Positions 45,114 to 55,686 of a stretch of 64,000 nt of DNA are shown one piece after another. How positions within the stretch are numbered: position 1 is the first letter of the stretch; each line of letters starts with the position of its first letter. The stretch is from contig DATKPA010000021.1 of the NCBI GenBank assembly GCA_035524355.1, positions 1 to 64,000 of the forward strand. The letters run 5' to 3'. The DNA is from Phycisphaerae bacterium. GTDB taxonomy: Bacteria > Planctomycetota > Phycisphaerae > WQYP01. The notes beneath the pieces were generated by a model. That model was not told the DNA's origin. It made no database searches and saw nothing but the letters and a program-made list of their open reading frames with translations. Position numbers and translations under genes: made by a program.

Positions 45114-46295
45114 TCAATGGACTGTCGAACTGAGTTTGAACATCGGGAGAATGACGGAGACGGCGATGAATCCGACGAAACCGCCCATCAAGACGATGAT
45201 GATCGGCTCAAGAGCGGTGGTGAGAATCTTGATGCGTTCCTGAAGTTCTTCCTCGTGGAATGTGGCGATCTCGATGCAGACCTGGGCGAGGGTGCCGGTC
45301 TGTTCGCCGACGGAGATCATCTGGGTGACCATGGGGGGGAAGAGCGTGGTGGAGTCGAAGTCGCTGGAGAGCTGCTTGCCTTCGCCGATATGGGTTCGGA
45401 GGCGGTCGAAGAAGCGCCAGTAGTAGATGTTGGGCATCATGTCGCGGGTGAGGACGAGGGCATCTGCGAGAGGCAGGCCGGACTTGATGAGCATGCCGAG
45501 CGTCTGAATCGATCGGCAGACGTAGGCGAGCATGAGTGTTTTTCCGAGCAGGGGGATGCGGAGGAACATCTTGTGAGCCGTATCGCGGACGGCGGGGTGG
45601 TGGAGAAGCCAGACGCCGCCGATGACGAGCACGAAGATGCCGACCCCAATCGCTGCGAAGTGCGCGGAGAGGAATTGGCTGGCGCCGATGACGAATTTGG
45701 TGGTCGTCGGCAGCGGCGTGTGAGAAGCTTCGAAGATCTTGGCAAACCGCGGGAGCACGAAGGTGGTCATGACGGTGATCGCGGTGATGGCCACGAGGAG
45801 GAGAATGACCGGGTACATCAGCGCGCCACGGATGGAGCTGACAATACGGATGTTGTTGCGGATCATCACCTGGAGCGCCTGGAGCATATGTTTGAGGAGA
45901 CCGGCCGACTCACCGGCACGCACCATGGTGACATAAAGGTCTGAGAAAACGTCGGGGTGGCGGGAAAGCGCCTGGGAGAAAGACTGGCCCTGCTTCACGC
46001 GTTCGTGGAGGTCGGCGAGGATTTTTTTGAGGGTGGGGTGAGCCTGCTGCTTGGAGAGGGCTTCGAGCCCCGCACAGAGATCGCAGCCAGAGGCAAGCAT
46101 GACCGCGAGTTGGCTGGTGATGACGAGGAGGAGCTTCGTGGAGACCGCCTCTCCGGTGACGTTGCGGCAGAGTGAGTGGAGCCACGCAAAGCCACCCTTG
46201 CTGACGGGACCGTTGGCGGCGCCGGCTGCATCGCGCGGATTCATCTGGCGGAACAGTTCGCCGGCCTGGTCGGAAGTTGTCATGGTTCGAGTCAT
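45114..46295 (-). CDS. pilC: type IV pilus / T2SS platform protein PilC (GspF family)
   Basis: two GspF repeats, three TM segments. Confidence 0.85.
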   Translation of the reverse strand: MTRTMTTSDQAGELFRQMNPRDAAGAANGPVSKGGFAWLHSLCRNVTGEAVSTKLLLVITSQLAVMLASGCDLCAGLEALSKQQAHPTLKKILADLHERVKQGQSFSQALSRHPDVFSDLYVTMVRAGESAGLLKHMLQALQVMIRNNIRIVSSIRGALMYPVILLLVAITAITVMTTFVLPRFAKIFEASHTPLPTTTKFVIGASQFLSAHFAAIGVGIFVLVIGGVWLLHHPAVRDTAHKMFLRIPLLGKTLMLAYVCRSIQTLGMLIKSGLPLADALVLTRDMMPNIYYWRFFDRLRTHIGEGKQLSSDFDSTTLFPPMVTQMISVGEQTGTLAQVCIEIATFHEEELQERIKILTTALEPIIIVLMGGFVGFIAVSVILPMFKLSSTVH

Positions 46296-46362
46296 CGTAG
46301 CTGCTTATCGGCCCAAAAACGGCCATCCTTTACGAGGTTCCCCTAAGTGAGCGGGATTGTGT

Positions 46363-47373
46363 TCAAAGCCGCAATTCAGAGATGACTCCTTTTGCCAGAA
46401 GTTCCCGATGACACTGTCCAAAGCTCATCATGCCATGCTCTCGACCGGAGTTGATGGCGTTCTGCAGTTGTTCGATCTCGTTGGAGCGGATCATGTTGGC
46501 GACGGCCGGCGTCCCGATGAGGATTTCGTAGAGGAGGACACGCGTGTCCGGGTTCTTGCCCTGGACGAGGCGCTGGGAGAAGACCATGCGGAGGGCCTGC
46601 GAAAGCTGAAGTCGGACCTGCGACGCCTGGTTGGGCGGAAAGACATCGACGATTCGGGAGACGGCGCCGGGGGCGGAGGAGGAGTGCACGGATGCCATCA
46701 CGAGGTGGCCGGTTTCCGCGGCACTCAGGGCGATGGAAATGGATTCGAGATCGCGCAACTCGCCCAGGACAATGACATCGGGCGCCTGGCGAAGCACGTT
46801 GCGAAGGGCGGCATGCCAGGAGATCGTGTCTGACCCGATCTCGCGTTGTTCGATGATGGATTTGTCATTTTTGTAGATGAACTCAATGGGGTCTTCGATG
46901 GTGATGATGTGGGCGGGTCTGTGGGCGTTGATGTGCTCGACGATGGCGGCGAGGGTGGTGGATTTTCCGGAGCCAGTCGGGCCGGAAACGAGGATGAGGC
47001 CGTTGGGTTTGTCTCCCATCTGGATGACGTGCTGGGGGATTCCGAGCGCGAGAGGCGTAGGGATCTCGGGCCAGACGAGCCGGTGGACCATGGCGAGATG
47101 ATCGCGCTGGTAGTGGGCGTTGCAGCGGATTCTGCCGGTGGTGGGAAGGGAGAAGGAGAAATCGAGTTCGCGCTTGCGCTGGAGCTCTTCGAAGGCGTCG
47201 TTCTGCAGGACGCTGCGGGCCATGGTTTCGAGCATGGCATCGTTACAGCGGCTCATATCAATCCGGTGCCATTTTCCGGCGACGCGCATCGCGGGCGAAT
47301 CGCCGACCATGACGAGCAGGTCGGAAGCGCCCTTCTGCTTCGCCTGCACCAACAATTCTTCGAGCACGTGCAT
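46363..47373 (-). CDS. pilT: twitching motility ATPase PilT
   Basis: GPTGSGKSTTL Walker A, Asp box, His box, AIRNLIRE-like (AVANMIRSNE) motif; ATGA overlap with pilB stop. Confidence 0.9.
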   Translation of the reverse strand: MHVLEELLVQAKQKGASDLLVMVGDSPAMRVAGKWHRIDMSRCNDAMLETMARSVLQNDAFEELQRKRELDFSFSLPTTGRIRCNAHYQRDHLAMVHRLVWPEIPTPLALGIPQHVIQMGDKPNGLILVSGPTGSGKSTTLAAIVEHINAHRPAHIITIEDPIEFIYKNDKSIIEQREIGSDTISWHAALRNVLRQAPDVIVLGELRDLESISIALSAAETGHLVMASVHSSSAPGAVSRIVDVFPPNQASQVRLQLSQALRMVFSQRLVQGKNPDTRVLLYEILIGTPAVANMIRSNEIEQLQNAINSGREHGMMSFGQCHRELLAKGVISELRL

Positions 47374-49076
47374 CAATTCTCCTCGGCGGGGGCCCAAGCG
47401 ACGCGGAGCACTTCTTCAAGGCTCGTCTGCCCGTTGCGCGCAGCGAGCATGCCTTCTTCAAACAAGGTGGTTTCCCCGATACGGCGGCGCAGGTCGCGGA
47501 GTTCGCCTGCGGAGGCGTTTTTCTCCATAAGCCGGCGTGCCTCGGGGGAGATTTCGAACACTTCGTAAAGACCGCAGCGACCGCGGTGGCCGCTGTTAAA
47601 ACACTGAGAGCAGCCCTGCCCCTTCCAAAAGCTGGCGCCGTCATCGGGAAGATTCAGGCGAGAGCGGACCTCCTCCGGAGGCGTGTACGGCTGTCGGCAG
47701 GCGGGGCAGATTTTCCGGGAAAGCCGCTGGGCGACGACCCCGATGACGGAGTTGGCCACAAGGAACGGCTCCACGCCGATGTTCACGAGGCGGGTGATGG
47801 CGCCGACGGAATCGTTGGTGTGGAGCGTGGAGAGCACGAGGTGACCGGTGAGGGAGGCCTCGACTGCGACGCGCGCGGTCTCGGCATCGCGGATTTCACC
47901 GAGCATGATGACGTTGGGGTCCTGACGAAGCACGGAGCGGAGCACGGAGGCGAAAGTGAGATCGATCGCCGCATGCACCTGCACCTGGTTGATCATGCCG
48001 AGCTGATATTCGACGGGGTCCTCGATTGTCACGATGTTCTTTTCTGGGGATTTGACCATCTGGAGCGCGGAGTAAAGCGTGGTGGTTTTTCCCGAGCCGG
48101 TGGGACCGGTGACCAGCAGCAGGCCGTGAGGTCGGTCAAGCATCCGCGTGAATTTCTGGATGAGGGGCGCGCGGAAGCCAAGCTGCTCGAGATCGAAGAC
48201 GAGATTGGCGGAATCGAGAACGCGCATCACGACCTTTTCGCCGCCGGTGGTGGGCAACGTGGAGACGCGGATGTCGATTTCGCGGGCATTGATCGACACG
48301 GGAATGCGTCCATCCTGCGGCCGACGACGTTCGGCAATGTCGAGTTTCGCCATGACCTTGATGCGCGAGACCATGGCTGGTTGCAGCGAGATTTTCTGCG
48401 TCATCATCTCGCGCAACACACCGTCGATGCGGTATCGGACGCGGACGATCTTTCCGTCGGGCTCAATGTGGATATCGGAGGCCTTGTGGGTGATGGCCGT
48501 GGTGAGGATGTAGTTGACGAGGCTGGCGATGGGCGAATTCTCGGAAATCTCGCCGATCTGCTCGCTCTTTTCGCTCTCGTCGACGACTTCGATTTTGCTT
48601 TTTTCGATGGAGGAAAGGAGGCCGTCGATGTTCATATCGGAGGCGTAATATTTTTCGATGGCCTGTGCGACGGCTTCACTGCCGCAGAGCACGAGCTGGA
48701 TGGAGGTATCGCTGATGCGTTCGAGATCGTCGAAGTCGAAGATGGAGAGGGGCCGGGAGATGGCGACCGTCAGCCGGTCCTCCACGTAAAACATCGGAAT
48801 GACGCCGTAGTACTGCGCCTTTTCCTTGGGAATGAGTTTAAGGGCTTCGGGGTCGATCAACCCGGGACGCAGTTCGACAGCGGGCAGTCCGATCTGCTTG
48901 CCCACGACGCGCAGCAGTTCCAGCGACTTGATCAGCTTCATCTCGACGAGCATTTCGCCGAGCATCGTGCCCGTTTCCCGGGAGCGTTTCAGCGCGTCGT
49001 CGAGCTGGTCCTGGGTGATGCGACCCGAGGAGAGCAGCAGTTCGCCGAGTTTGAACTTCCGCTTCAGATCAGGCAC
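47373..49076 (-). CDS. pilB: type IV pilus assembly ATPase PilB (GspE family)
   Basis: N1 domain, GPTGSGKTTTLY Walker A, tetracysteine CPACRQ...CSQC motif. Confidence 0.9.
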   Translation of the reverse strand: MPDLKRKFKLGELLLSSGRITQDQLDDALKRSRETGTMLGEMLVEMKLIKSLELLRVVGKQIGLPAVELRPGLIDPEALKLIPKEKAQYYGVIPMFYVEDRLTVAISRPLSIFDFDDLERISDTSIQLVLCGSEAVAQAIEKYYASDMNIDGLLSSIEKSKIEVVDESEKSEQIGEISENSPIASLVNYILTTAITHKASDIHIEPDGKIVRVRYRIDGVLREMMTQKISLQPAMVSRIKVMAKLDIAERRRPQDGRIPVSINAREIDIRVSTLPTTGGEKVVMRVLDSANLVFDLEQLGFRAPLIQKFTRMLDRPHGLLLVTGPTGSGKTTTLYSALQMVKSPEKNIVTIEDPVEYQLGMINQVQVHAAIDLTFASVLRSVLRQDPNVIMLGEIRDAETARVAVEASLTGHLVLSTLHTNDSVGAITRLVNIGVEPFLVANSVIGVVAQRLSRKICPACRQPYTPPEEVRSRLNLPDDGASFWKGQGCSQCFNSGHRGRCGLYEVFEISPEARRLMEKNASAGELRDLRRRIGETTLFEEGMLAARNGQTSLEEVLRVAWAPAEEN

Positions 49077-49389
49077 GCATCACCTCTTCCAGCGCGGAGA
49101 CGGTGAAGCGCGAATCCAGGCGCGTTGCGAGCAGAATATCCACCACGATCGGAGGAACAGCGACCAGATGGAGCGTGATGTTGGAGGCGGCGAGGCGGCT
49201 CTGAGCGTTCAGCAGCCAGTTGAGGCCGGCGGAATCGATGATCTGCGTGGCCGACAGGTTAAGAGCAACGTTCGGCGCGCGCTGGGTGATGGCTTCGTCC
49301 AGGTCGCGGTCGATGCCGTTCACGGTTCGTTGCGATATCTGCTGCGGCGCATCAATCAGCGCAGCGCCAGCATTGACGTTTCGGACCAT
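49069..49389 (-). CDS. STAS-domain anti-sigma-factor antagonist
   Basis: 106 aa SpoIIAA-like fold, LDLSATQIIDSAGLNWLL. Confidence 0.65.
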   Translation of the reverse strand: MVRNVNAGAALIDAPQQISQRTVNGIDRDLDEAITQRAPNVALNLSATQIIDSAGLNWLLNAQSRLAASNITLHLVAVPPIVVDILLATRLDSRFTVSALEEVMRA

Positions 49390-49501
49390 TCAGACTGCCT
49401 CCATCGGCGCGCATTCCGCGCCTCAGGAGGTATCGGACCGGAAAGTGGCAAACTGAAGGTGAAATGCGTCAGGAAAACCCTGAAAAGGGTTGAGGACGCC
49501 G

Positions 49502-50269
49502 TTAAGGGTAATCCTGTTTGGTGGGCCGAATCATGATGTCGTTCAGATGCACGTGGGACGGCTGACTTACCACGAAGCCGATTGTGCGGGCGACGTCGGC
49601 AGGGTCGAGCATTTTTCCGAACTTTTCCACAGACCGATAAAAATTCTCCGCGTTGTAGCCCGCAACCTGCTGGAATTCACTCGCAACCAGCCCGGGTTTG
49701 ATGGTGGTGACCCGGACGCTCTTCGAGCAGATTTCACGGCGGAGGGCTTCAGCCATTGCGCTGATTGCGAATTTGCTCGATCCGTAAAAACCGGAGAACG
49801 GTGAGATGTTTTCGCCCACGGCACTGGAGAGCACGACGATATCGCCGGATCCCTGTTCGCCCAGGAGCATGCCTGCCCGGCGCATGAGGGCGGCCGCCCC
49901 GAGCACGTTGATCTCGTAAACTTCGCGCCACTGCGCCATGTCGCTGCTGAGCACTCCTCCGGCCAGACCGCGCCCGGCATTCGCAACGACGATGTCGAGG
50001 CGGCCGGCGTGACCAAGTTTCTGACTGAATTCGCGAGCCGATGAAAGCAACTTTTCGATGTCCGCGTCCTTCGATGCATCCGCGGCCACGGCAAGCGCCT
50101 TGCCGCCGGCGGAGGTGATGCTGCGGGCAAGCTCATCGAGTCTCTCCTTCCGGCGGGCGGAGATGACCACGGCGGCGCCGAGAGAGACGAGTTCTTCTGC
50201 GGTCGCTTTGCCGATTCCGGCGCTGGCGCCGGTGATGAGGGCAACTTTGTTCTGGAGGGGGTGAGGCAT
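49502..50269 (-). CDS. SDR family oxidoreductase
   Basis: TGASAGIG, NAG, YGSSK catalytic motif. Confidence 0.85.
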   Translation of the reverse strand: MPHPLQNKVALITGASAGIGKATAEELVSLGAAVVISARRKERLDELARSITSAGGKALAVAADASKDADIEKLLSSAREFSQKLGHAGRLDIVVANAGRGLAGGVLSSDMAQWREVYEINVLGAAALMRRAGMLLGEQGSGDIVVLSSAVGENISPFSGFYGSSKFAISAMAEALRREICSKSVRVTTIKPGLVASEFQQVAGYNAENFYRSVEKFGKMLDPADVARTIGFVVSQPSHVHLNDIMIRPTKQDYP

Positions 50270-50413
50270 CCTTGAACTCCTGTGCGTGGAAGATTATGCG
50301 TTGGGGGAGTATAGTCGCGGGTCAGAGTTGTGTTTATCCTTGGCGCGCTTTTTTGCCGTTGGCGCGAGGGGGCCGCCTGAAGGCGGCACCCCGAACTGGC
50401 GGAACTCCGAAGA

Positions 50414-51520
50414 TTGAGGGATGTTGTGGCAGAGTTGAAGCGGACCCCTTTTTATGATTTTCACGTGAAGGCCGGCGCGAAGATGGTCGATTTCGCCGGC
50501 TGGGAAATGCCTCTGCTGTACCGAGGGATCATTGAGGAGCATCAGCACACGCGCACCGCGGCGAGCATCTTCGACGTGTCCCACATGGGTCGACTGAAAT
50601 TCACCGGCAAGGGGGCGGAGGCGTTTCTGCAGAAAGTCTGCACGCGCAACGTGGGCAAGGGGAAACCGGGGCAATCGATGTACTCACTGGTGTGCAATGA
50701 GAACGGGAAAACGCTGGACGATGTGATCGTCTCCCGTTTCGACGGCCACTGGTACATGGTCTGCAACGCCAGCAACCGCGAGAAGCTGCTGGGTTGGTTC
50801 GCCAAAGTGGGGCTGCTGAACACGGAGATCGAAGACGAGACCGAGAAGACCGCGATGGTGGCGATCCAGGGCCCGAAAGCCGTGGGATTGCTCGACGGCG
50901 TGTTGCCCGATCCGGTTTCCGACATCCGGCGGTATCACTTCGAAACGATGCGGTACATGATGATCGTGCAGTTCAACGTCTTCCGCTCCGGGTACACCGG
51001 AGAGGATGGGGCGGAGATCGTATGCGGCACCACGGCGGCGGGGATGGCCATGAATTACCTGTTGAAGTCGGAGGGGGAAAATGAGGTGTTGAAGCCCGCC
51101 GGCCTTGGCGCGCGCGACACGTTGCGGCTGGAGGCGGGCATGCCGTTATATGGTCACGAACTGACCGAAGAGACGGATCCGCTTGCCGCGGGGCTGGGAT
51201 GGGCAGTTGATCTCTCAAAGGATTTCATCGGCGCTGAATCACTCCGCGCCGCTGCGAGTAACGGACCCGCCCGCAAATTGGTCGGAATGATCGTCGAGGG
51301 CCAGCGTGCGGCGCGCCAGGGAATGGAAATTCGGCAGGGCGGCAAGAGCCTGGGCATCGTGACGTCCGGCGCGATGTCACCGACGTTGAAACGCCCGATT
51401 GCGATGGGATACGTGGATGCGGCGCTGTCATCCGAAGGCACAGGACTGGAGATTGATTGCCGAGGCAATTGCCTCTCCGCTACCGTAACAGCCCTGCCGT
51501 TTTACAAACGACAGAAGTAA
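50414..51520 (+). CDS. gcvT: glycine cleavage system aminomethyltransferase GcvT
   Basis: full-length GcvT homology (FDVSHMG, GYTGEDG); apparent TTG/GTG start. Confidence 0.9.
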   Translation: MRDVVAELKRTPFYDFHVKAGAKMVDFAGWEMPLLYRGIIEEHQHTRTAASIFDVSHMGRLKFTGKGAEAFLQKVCTRNVGKGKPGQSMYSLVCNENGKTLDDVIVSRFDGHWYMVCNASNREKLLGWFAKVGLLNTEIEDETEKTAMVAIQGPKAVGLLDGVLPDPVSDIRRYHFETMRYMMIVQFNVFRSGYTGEDGAEIVCGTTAAGMAMNYLLKSEGENEVLKPAGLGARDTLRLEAGMPLYGHELTEETDPLAAGLGWAVDLSKDFIGAESLRAAASNGPARKLVGMIVEGQRAARQGMEIRQGGKSLGIVTSGAMSPTLKRPIAMGYVDAALSSEGTGLEIDCRGNCLSATVTALPFYKRQK

Positions 51521-51593
51521 GCGTATTTTTTGAGACCGGCAGTTGACCGGGATAGAGACCGCCGTTCAGGCGGGAGTTGAAAGGAATAAAAAC

Positions 51594-51968
51594 ATGGGCG
51601 CGCCCGCTGATCGTAAATATGCAACGACGCACGAATGGCACAAGCAGGAGGGGGATGTCGTGACCATCGGGATCACGCAGTTTGCCGTGGATGAATTGAC
51701 GGACGTAACGTACGTCGATCTTCCCGCCAAGGGGAAGCAGCTATCGGCGGGGAAAAGCTTCGGCGAAATCGAATCGGTCAAGGCGACAAGCGAGTTGTAT
51801 TCAGCCGTCGCCGGCGAAGTTGTCGAAGCAAACGACGCGTTGAAAGACGATCCATCGCTGGTCAACACCGACCCCTATGGGAAGGGGTGGATGATCAAGG
51901 TGAAGGTGCCCGGGGCCAATCTCGATGGCTTGATGACGGCGGAGCAGTACAACGCGAAGCACGGCTGA
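51594..51968 (+). CDS. gcvH: glycine cleavage system H protein GcvH
   Basis: lipoyl-lysine motif ESVKATSELY. Confidence 0.9.
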   Translation: MGAPADRKYATTHEWHKQEGDVVTIGITQFAVDELTDVTYVDLPAKGKQLSAGKSFGEIESVKATSELYSAVAGEVVEANDALKDDPSLVNTDPYGKGWMIKVKVPGANLDGLMTAEQYNAKHG

Positions 51969-52158
51969 TGCCGCCGCCGATGTCTGCACACAAACTATTA
52001 TCATTAAGATAGTTACGAACATCCAGCCATCCCTCCGTAAAAATCCGCTCACGGCTGGGAAGAAACTCCTGCCCCAGCGCAACTAACTCCCCGAAGAGCC
52101 GGATGTTGAGACTTTCTCAACGTCTTCACATTTCGGTTCGCATGAAGGGAAGTTGGCG

Positions 52159-52635
52159 ATGCGCCATGATGAAATCAGCAAGCGTCTGAGTGCGTATCTG
52201 GACGGCGAAGTCTCCGCCGAAGAGCGCACAGTCATTGAGCAGCACATCGCCGCATGCGGAATCTGCACGGAACTGCTCGGAAGTCTGCGGGCGGTTTCGG
52301 CGATGGTGCGCGGCGGTGATGTTGCCCCGTTGGATGCCGCCTTCCTTCGCCGTCTTCATACCCATGTGGACAATCTCAGCAAGCGCAGCGTGGAACGCTT
52401 CGGGTGGGCCCTTGCGGCAGTCGCCGCCTGCGTGGCGATCGTTGCGGGCATCCATCTGTCGATGCTCCCCGCTCAAACTCAGTCCGCGGCCGTTACCGCG
52501 CCGGATGCATGGGAAGGAGTCGCCGTTCAATTGAACTCCGCCAACGACGAGGCCGCTTCCTCCGGGAACAGCGAACTCGCCATGGCGCAGTGGATGGTCA
52601 CCGATCTTTCCGATGCGGGCCACAGCCATGAATAG
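52159..52635 (+). CDS. zinc-finger (HxxxCxxC) anti-sigma factor, no adjacent sigma factor gene
   Basis: EQHIAACGICTELL ZAS motif, central TM segment. Confidence 0.65.
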   Translation: MRHDEISKRLSAYLDGEVSAEERTVIEQHIAACGICTELLGSLRAVSAMVRGGDVAPLDAAFLRRLHTHVDNLSKRSVERFGWALAAVAACVAIVAGIHLSMLPAQTQSAAVTAPDAWEGVAVQLNSANDEAASSGNSELAMAQWMVTDLSDAGHSHE

Positions 52636-53191
52636 ACTCCACATGCTCATCATCGCCCTCTTCACCGTCGCGCTTGGTACAGGGATCGTCGTAGGCATGG
52701 GAATGACCCGGCCACCCGCGGTGCCGCACGATGGCGGTCGCTCCTGGCTGGCGGACAAACTGCAACTCTCACCGCAGCAAAGCGAGCAGATCAAGGCCGT
52801 CTGGTCGGAGAACCTGCACGATTCCTGGAAGCGCCGCTCGGACACCGTGAAACAGTATCGCAAGGAGCGCGACGACGCCCTGATGGCACTGCTGACGCCG
52901 GAACAAAAGGCGAGCTATGACAAGATCGTCGATCGCTACAACGTCGAAATCGCAGAACTGAACCGCGAACAGGAAGCGAAGTTCCAGGCATCCGTTGACA
53001 AGACCAAGCAGATTCTCGACGACCACCAGCGGCAGATTTACGAAGAATTGCTCAAGAAAGGTTTCCGCGGCGGCCCCTTCGGACCACAGCGCGAAGGCCC
53101 CGGTGGTCCTCCCGGAACCCACCCCGATGGCGGACACGAGGGGCACCCCCGACATGGCGGGCCTGCAGCCGGCCAGCCGGGTCCCGTTTGA
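52613..53191 (+). CDS. Spy/CpxP-family periplasmic protein (LTxxQ motifs)
   Basis: LQLSPQQSEQIKAVW and LLTPEQKASYDKIV LTxxQ repeats. Confidence 0.6.
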   Translation: MRATAMNRLHMLIIALFTVALGTGIVVGMGMTRPPAVPHDGGRSWLADKLQLSPQQSEQIKAVWSENLHDSWKRRSDTVKQYRKERDDALMALLTPEQKASYDKIVDRYNVEIAELNREQEAKFQASVDKTKQILDDHQRQIYEELLKKGFRGGPFGPQREGPGGPPGTHPDGGHEGHPRHGGPAAGQPGPV

Positions 53192-53271
53192 ACCATGGAA
53201 ATGAAAGCGGTTTCTCCCGCCGCGCGGCGAGAGTGACAGGCTTGTGCTCTTTCTACGACGAGGAGTGAGGT

Positions 53272-53862
53272 ATGAAGAAAAGTGTTATGAGTTTGTTGCT
53301 CGCTGTGGGCCTGATGGGATCCCTCGCGGCGTTACCGACTGTGGCCCAGCAGAACAACGGCGGCGGTGGCGGTGGCGCCGGCGGAGGGCAGAATGGCGGC
53401 GGTGGCGGTGGCGGTGGCGGTGGTCGTTTCAATTTCCAGCAGATGATGCAGCGACGCATGGACCAGATCAAAACCGATATGGGCGTCTCCGACGATGACT
53501 GGAAGGCCATCGAGCCGAAGATTCAGAACGTTCAGCAACTCCAGTTCCAGCAGCGCGCCGGCGGGTTCCGCGGTCGCGGCCGTGGCGGTCCAGGCGGCGG
53601 CGGCGGTGGCCCAGGCGGTGGCGGCGGTGGCCCGGGCGGCGGCAACGGCCCGACCAACCCCGTGAGTCAGGCGATGCAGGAACTGCAGACCGTCCTCGAC
53701 AACAAGGACGCCACGCCCGAACAGATCAAGTCCCGGATCGACGCCGTGCGCGACGCCCGCAAGAAGGCCGCTGATGAGCTCAAGAAGGCCCAGGATGACC
53801 TTCGCGAACTCCTCACGGTCCGCCAGGAAGCCGTGCTTGTTGAGAATGGCCTCCTTGACTGA
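53272..53862 (+). CDS. glycine-rich Spy/CpxP-like periplasmic protein
   Basis: signal peptide, G-rich low-complexity segments, C-terminal DATPEQIKSRIDAV helix. Confidence 0.55.
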   Translation: MKKSVMSLLLAVGLMGSLAALPTVAQQNNGGGGGGAGGGQNGGGGGGGGGGRFNFQQMMQRRMDQIKTDMGVSDDDWKAIEPKIQNVQQLQFQQRAGGFRGRGRGGPGGGGGGPGGGGGGPGGGNGPTNPVSQAMQELQTVLDNKDATPEQIKSRIDAVRDARKKAADELKKAQDDLRELLTVRQEAVLVENGLLD

Positions 53863-53929
53863 GAACTCCACACCGTGCGGGGCCCGCACCTCGCGTGCCC
53901 CGCACTCCTTCGTTGGAAATTCGTGCTGA

Positions 53930-55678
53930 ATGAACGACGTACTCAAAACTCTGCAGCGGGATGGCATTCTGGATGAAGCGACGGCGAAGCGCGTGGCCGA
54001 TGCATGCGCCAACGGTACGCTGCTCGAGGATGCTTTGCGCGAAGCGGCTCCCGAGGAAAAGGTCCTCAAGTCGCTGGCCGCACATTTTGAAATTCCTTAC
54101 GTCGAGTTGGGCGAAGTCTCCGTCCCCAAGGAATTCCTTTCCAAATTCCCCGCCCGCGTTCTGCTGAATCACCACCTGCTCCCATTGAAGGAAGAGGACG
54201 GCGTCGTACAGATCGCCACCAACCGCGTCTTCGATACCTCCGGCCTCGATGAACTTCGCCTCACCACCCGCATGGATTTTCATCCCGTCCTCGCTTCCAC
54301 CGCCGAAATCGACCGCGCCATCAAACGCCTCCTCGGCATCGGCGCCGATACGCTCCAATCGATGGCCGGAGAAGACAACGGCCTCAAAGTCGTCGAAGAT
54401 GAAAACGACGACATGGACCTCGAAAACGCTGCGGAAGATGCCTCCATCATCCGCTTCGTCAATCAGGTCCTCGCCGAAGCCCTCGATTCCCGCGCCACCG
54501 ACGTGCACATCGAACCGTTCGAAAATCAGCTTCGCGTCCGCTACCGCATCGACGGCGAACTGCAGGAAGCCAACATCCCCGCCGAAGTGAAGCGCTACCA
54601 CGCCGCCATCGTTTCCCGCATCAAGATCCTCTCCCACCTCGACATCGCCGAAAAGCGCGTCCCCCAGGACGGCCGCATCCGAGTGAAAGTCGCCGGCCGC
54701 GAAATCGACCTCCGCGTCTCCGTCATCCCCATGATCCACGGCGAAGCCGTCGTCCTACGTATCCTGGACCGCGGCGACGCCAAGTTCGGCCTCGAATACC
54801 TCGGCATGGCCGCACGCGACGGACGCATCTTCGAGAAACTGCTCGAACTCCCCCACGGCATCATCCTCGTCACCGGCCCCACCGGCTCGGGAAAAACCAC
54901 CACGCTCTACACCGCCCTCGCCCACATCAACAGCGTTGACCGCAAAATCATCACCGTTGAAGACCCCGTCGAATACCAGCTCCGCGGCATCAACCAGATC
55001 CAGGTCAACACCAAGACCGGCCTCACCTTCGCCAGCGGCCTCCGCGCCATCCTCCGGCACGACCCCGACGTCGTCCTCATCGGCGAAATCCGTGACCGCG
55101 AGACTGCCGAAATCGCCGTCCAGGCCTCTCTCACAGGCCACCTCGTCTTCTCCACGCTGCACACCAACGACGCCCCCGGCGCCGCCACGCGTCTCATCGA
55201 CATGGGCGTGGAGCCTTACCTCGTCTCCTCGTCGCTGGAGATGGTGCTCGCTCAACGCCTCGTCCGCCTCATATGCAAAAACTGCAAGGAAGAGACGCCC
55301 GTCGCTGATCTCGAAGGGATGCGCGCCGAGTACGGCTCCCTCGTCCCGGAAAAAGTTTATCGCGGCCGTGGATGCCGCGCCTGTCAGAACACCGGCTTCC
55401 GAGGCCGGCAAGGCATCTTCGAACTCATGCCGCTGAACGAAGACCTCCGGGCGATGATCATCGAAAGGAAATCCACCGGCCAGCTACGTAAAAAAGCGGT
55501 CGAGCAGGGCATGCGCAGCCTCCGCGAAGACGGCTGGCGACTCGTCCGCGAAGGCAAGACGACCATCGACGAAGTCGTCCGCAACACGATGGAAGAACAA
55601 TTGGCGATGAAACCTGTGGAGGTAGTTGCGCCTTCCGTTCACAACAGCGCTCCCGAGCAGGTTTCAGTTCACGGATGA
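53930..55678 (+). CDS. gspE: type II secretion system ATPase GspE
   Basis: GPTGSGKTTTLY, tetracysteine CKNC...CRAC, N-terminal GspE N1 domains. Confidence 0.9.
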   Translation: MNDVLKTLQRDGILDEATAKRVADACANGTLLEDALREAAPEEKVLKSLAAHFEIPYVELGEVSVPKEFLSKFPARVLLNHHLLPLKEEDGVVQIATNRVFDTSGLDELRLTTRMDFHPVLASTAEIDRAIKRLLGIGADTLQSMAGEDNGLKVVEDENDDMDLENAAEDASIIRFVNQVLAEALDSRATDVHIEPFENQLRVRYRIDGELQEANIPAEVKRYHAAIVSRIKILSHLDIAEKRVPQDGRIRVKVAGREIDLRVSVIPMIHGEAVVLRILDRGDAKFGLEYLGMAARDGRIFEKLLELPHGIILVTGPTGSGKTTTLYTALAHINSVDRKIITVEDPVEYQLRGINQIQVNTKTGLTFASGLRAILRHDPDVVLIGEIRDRETAEIAVQASLTGHLVFSTLHTNDAPGAATRLIDMGVEPYLVSSSLEMVLAQRLVRLICKNCKEETPVADLEGMRAEYGSLVPEKVYRGRGCRACQNTGFRGRQGIFELMPLNEDLRAMIIERKSTGQLRKKAVEQGMRSLREDGWRLVREGKTTIDEVVRNTMEEQLAMKPVEVVAPSVHNSAPEQVSVHG

Positions 55679-55686
55679 AGTAACCT

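Noticed and set aside
12983-51993. Shared 10-mer ATTAAGATAG in two intergenic regions (12983 and 51993)
   Set aside because: Only two copies and no extended similarity around them. Consistent with chance.
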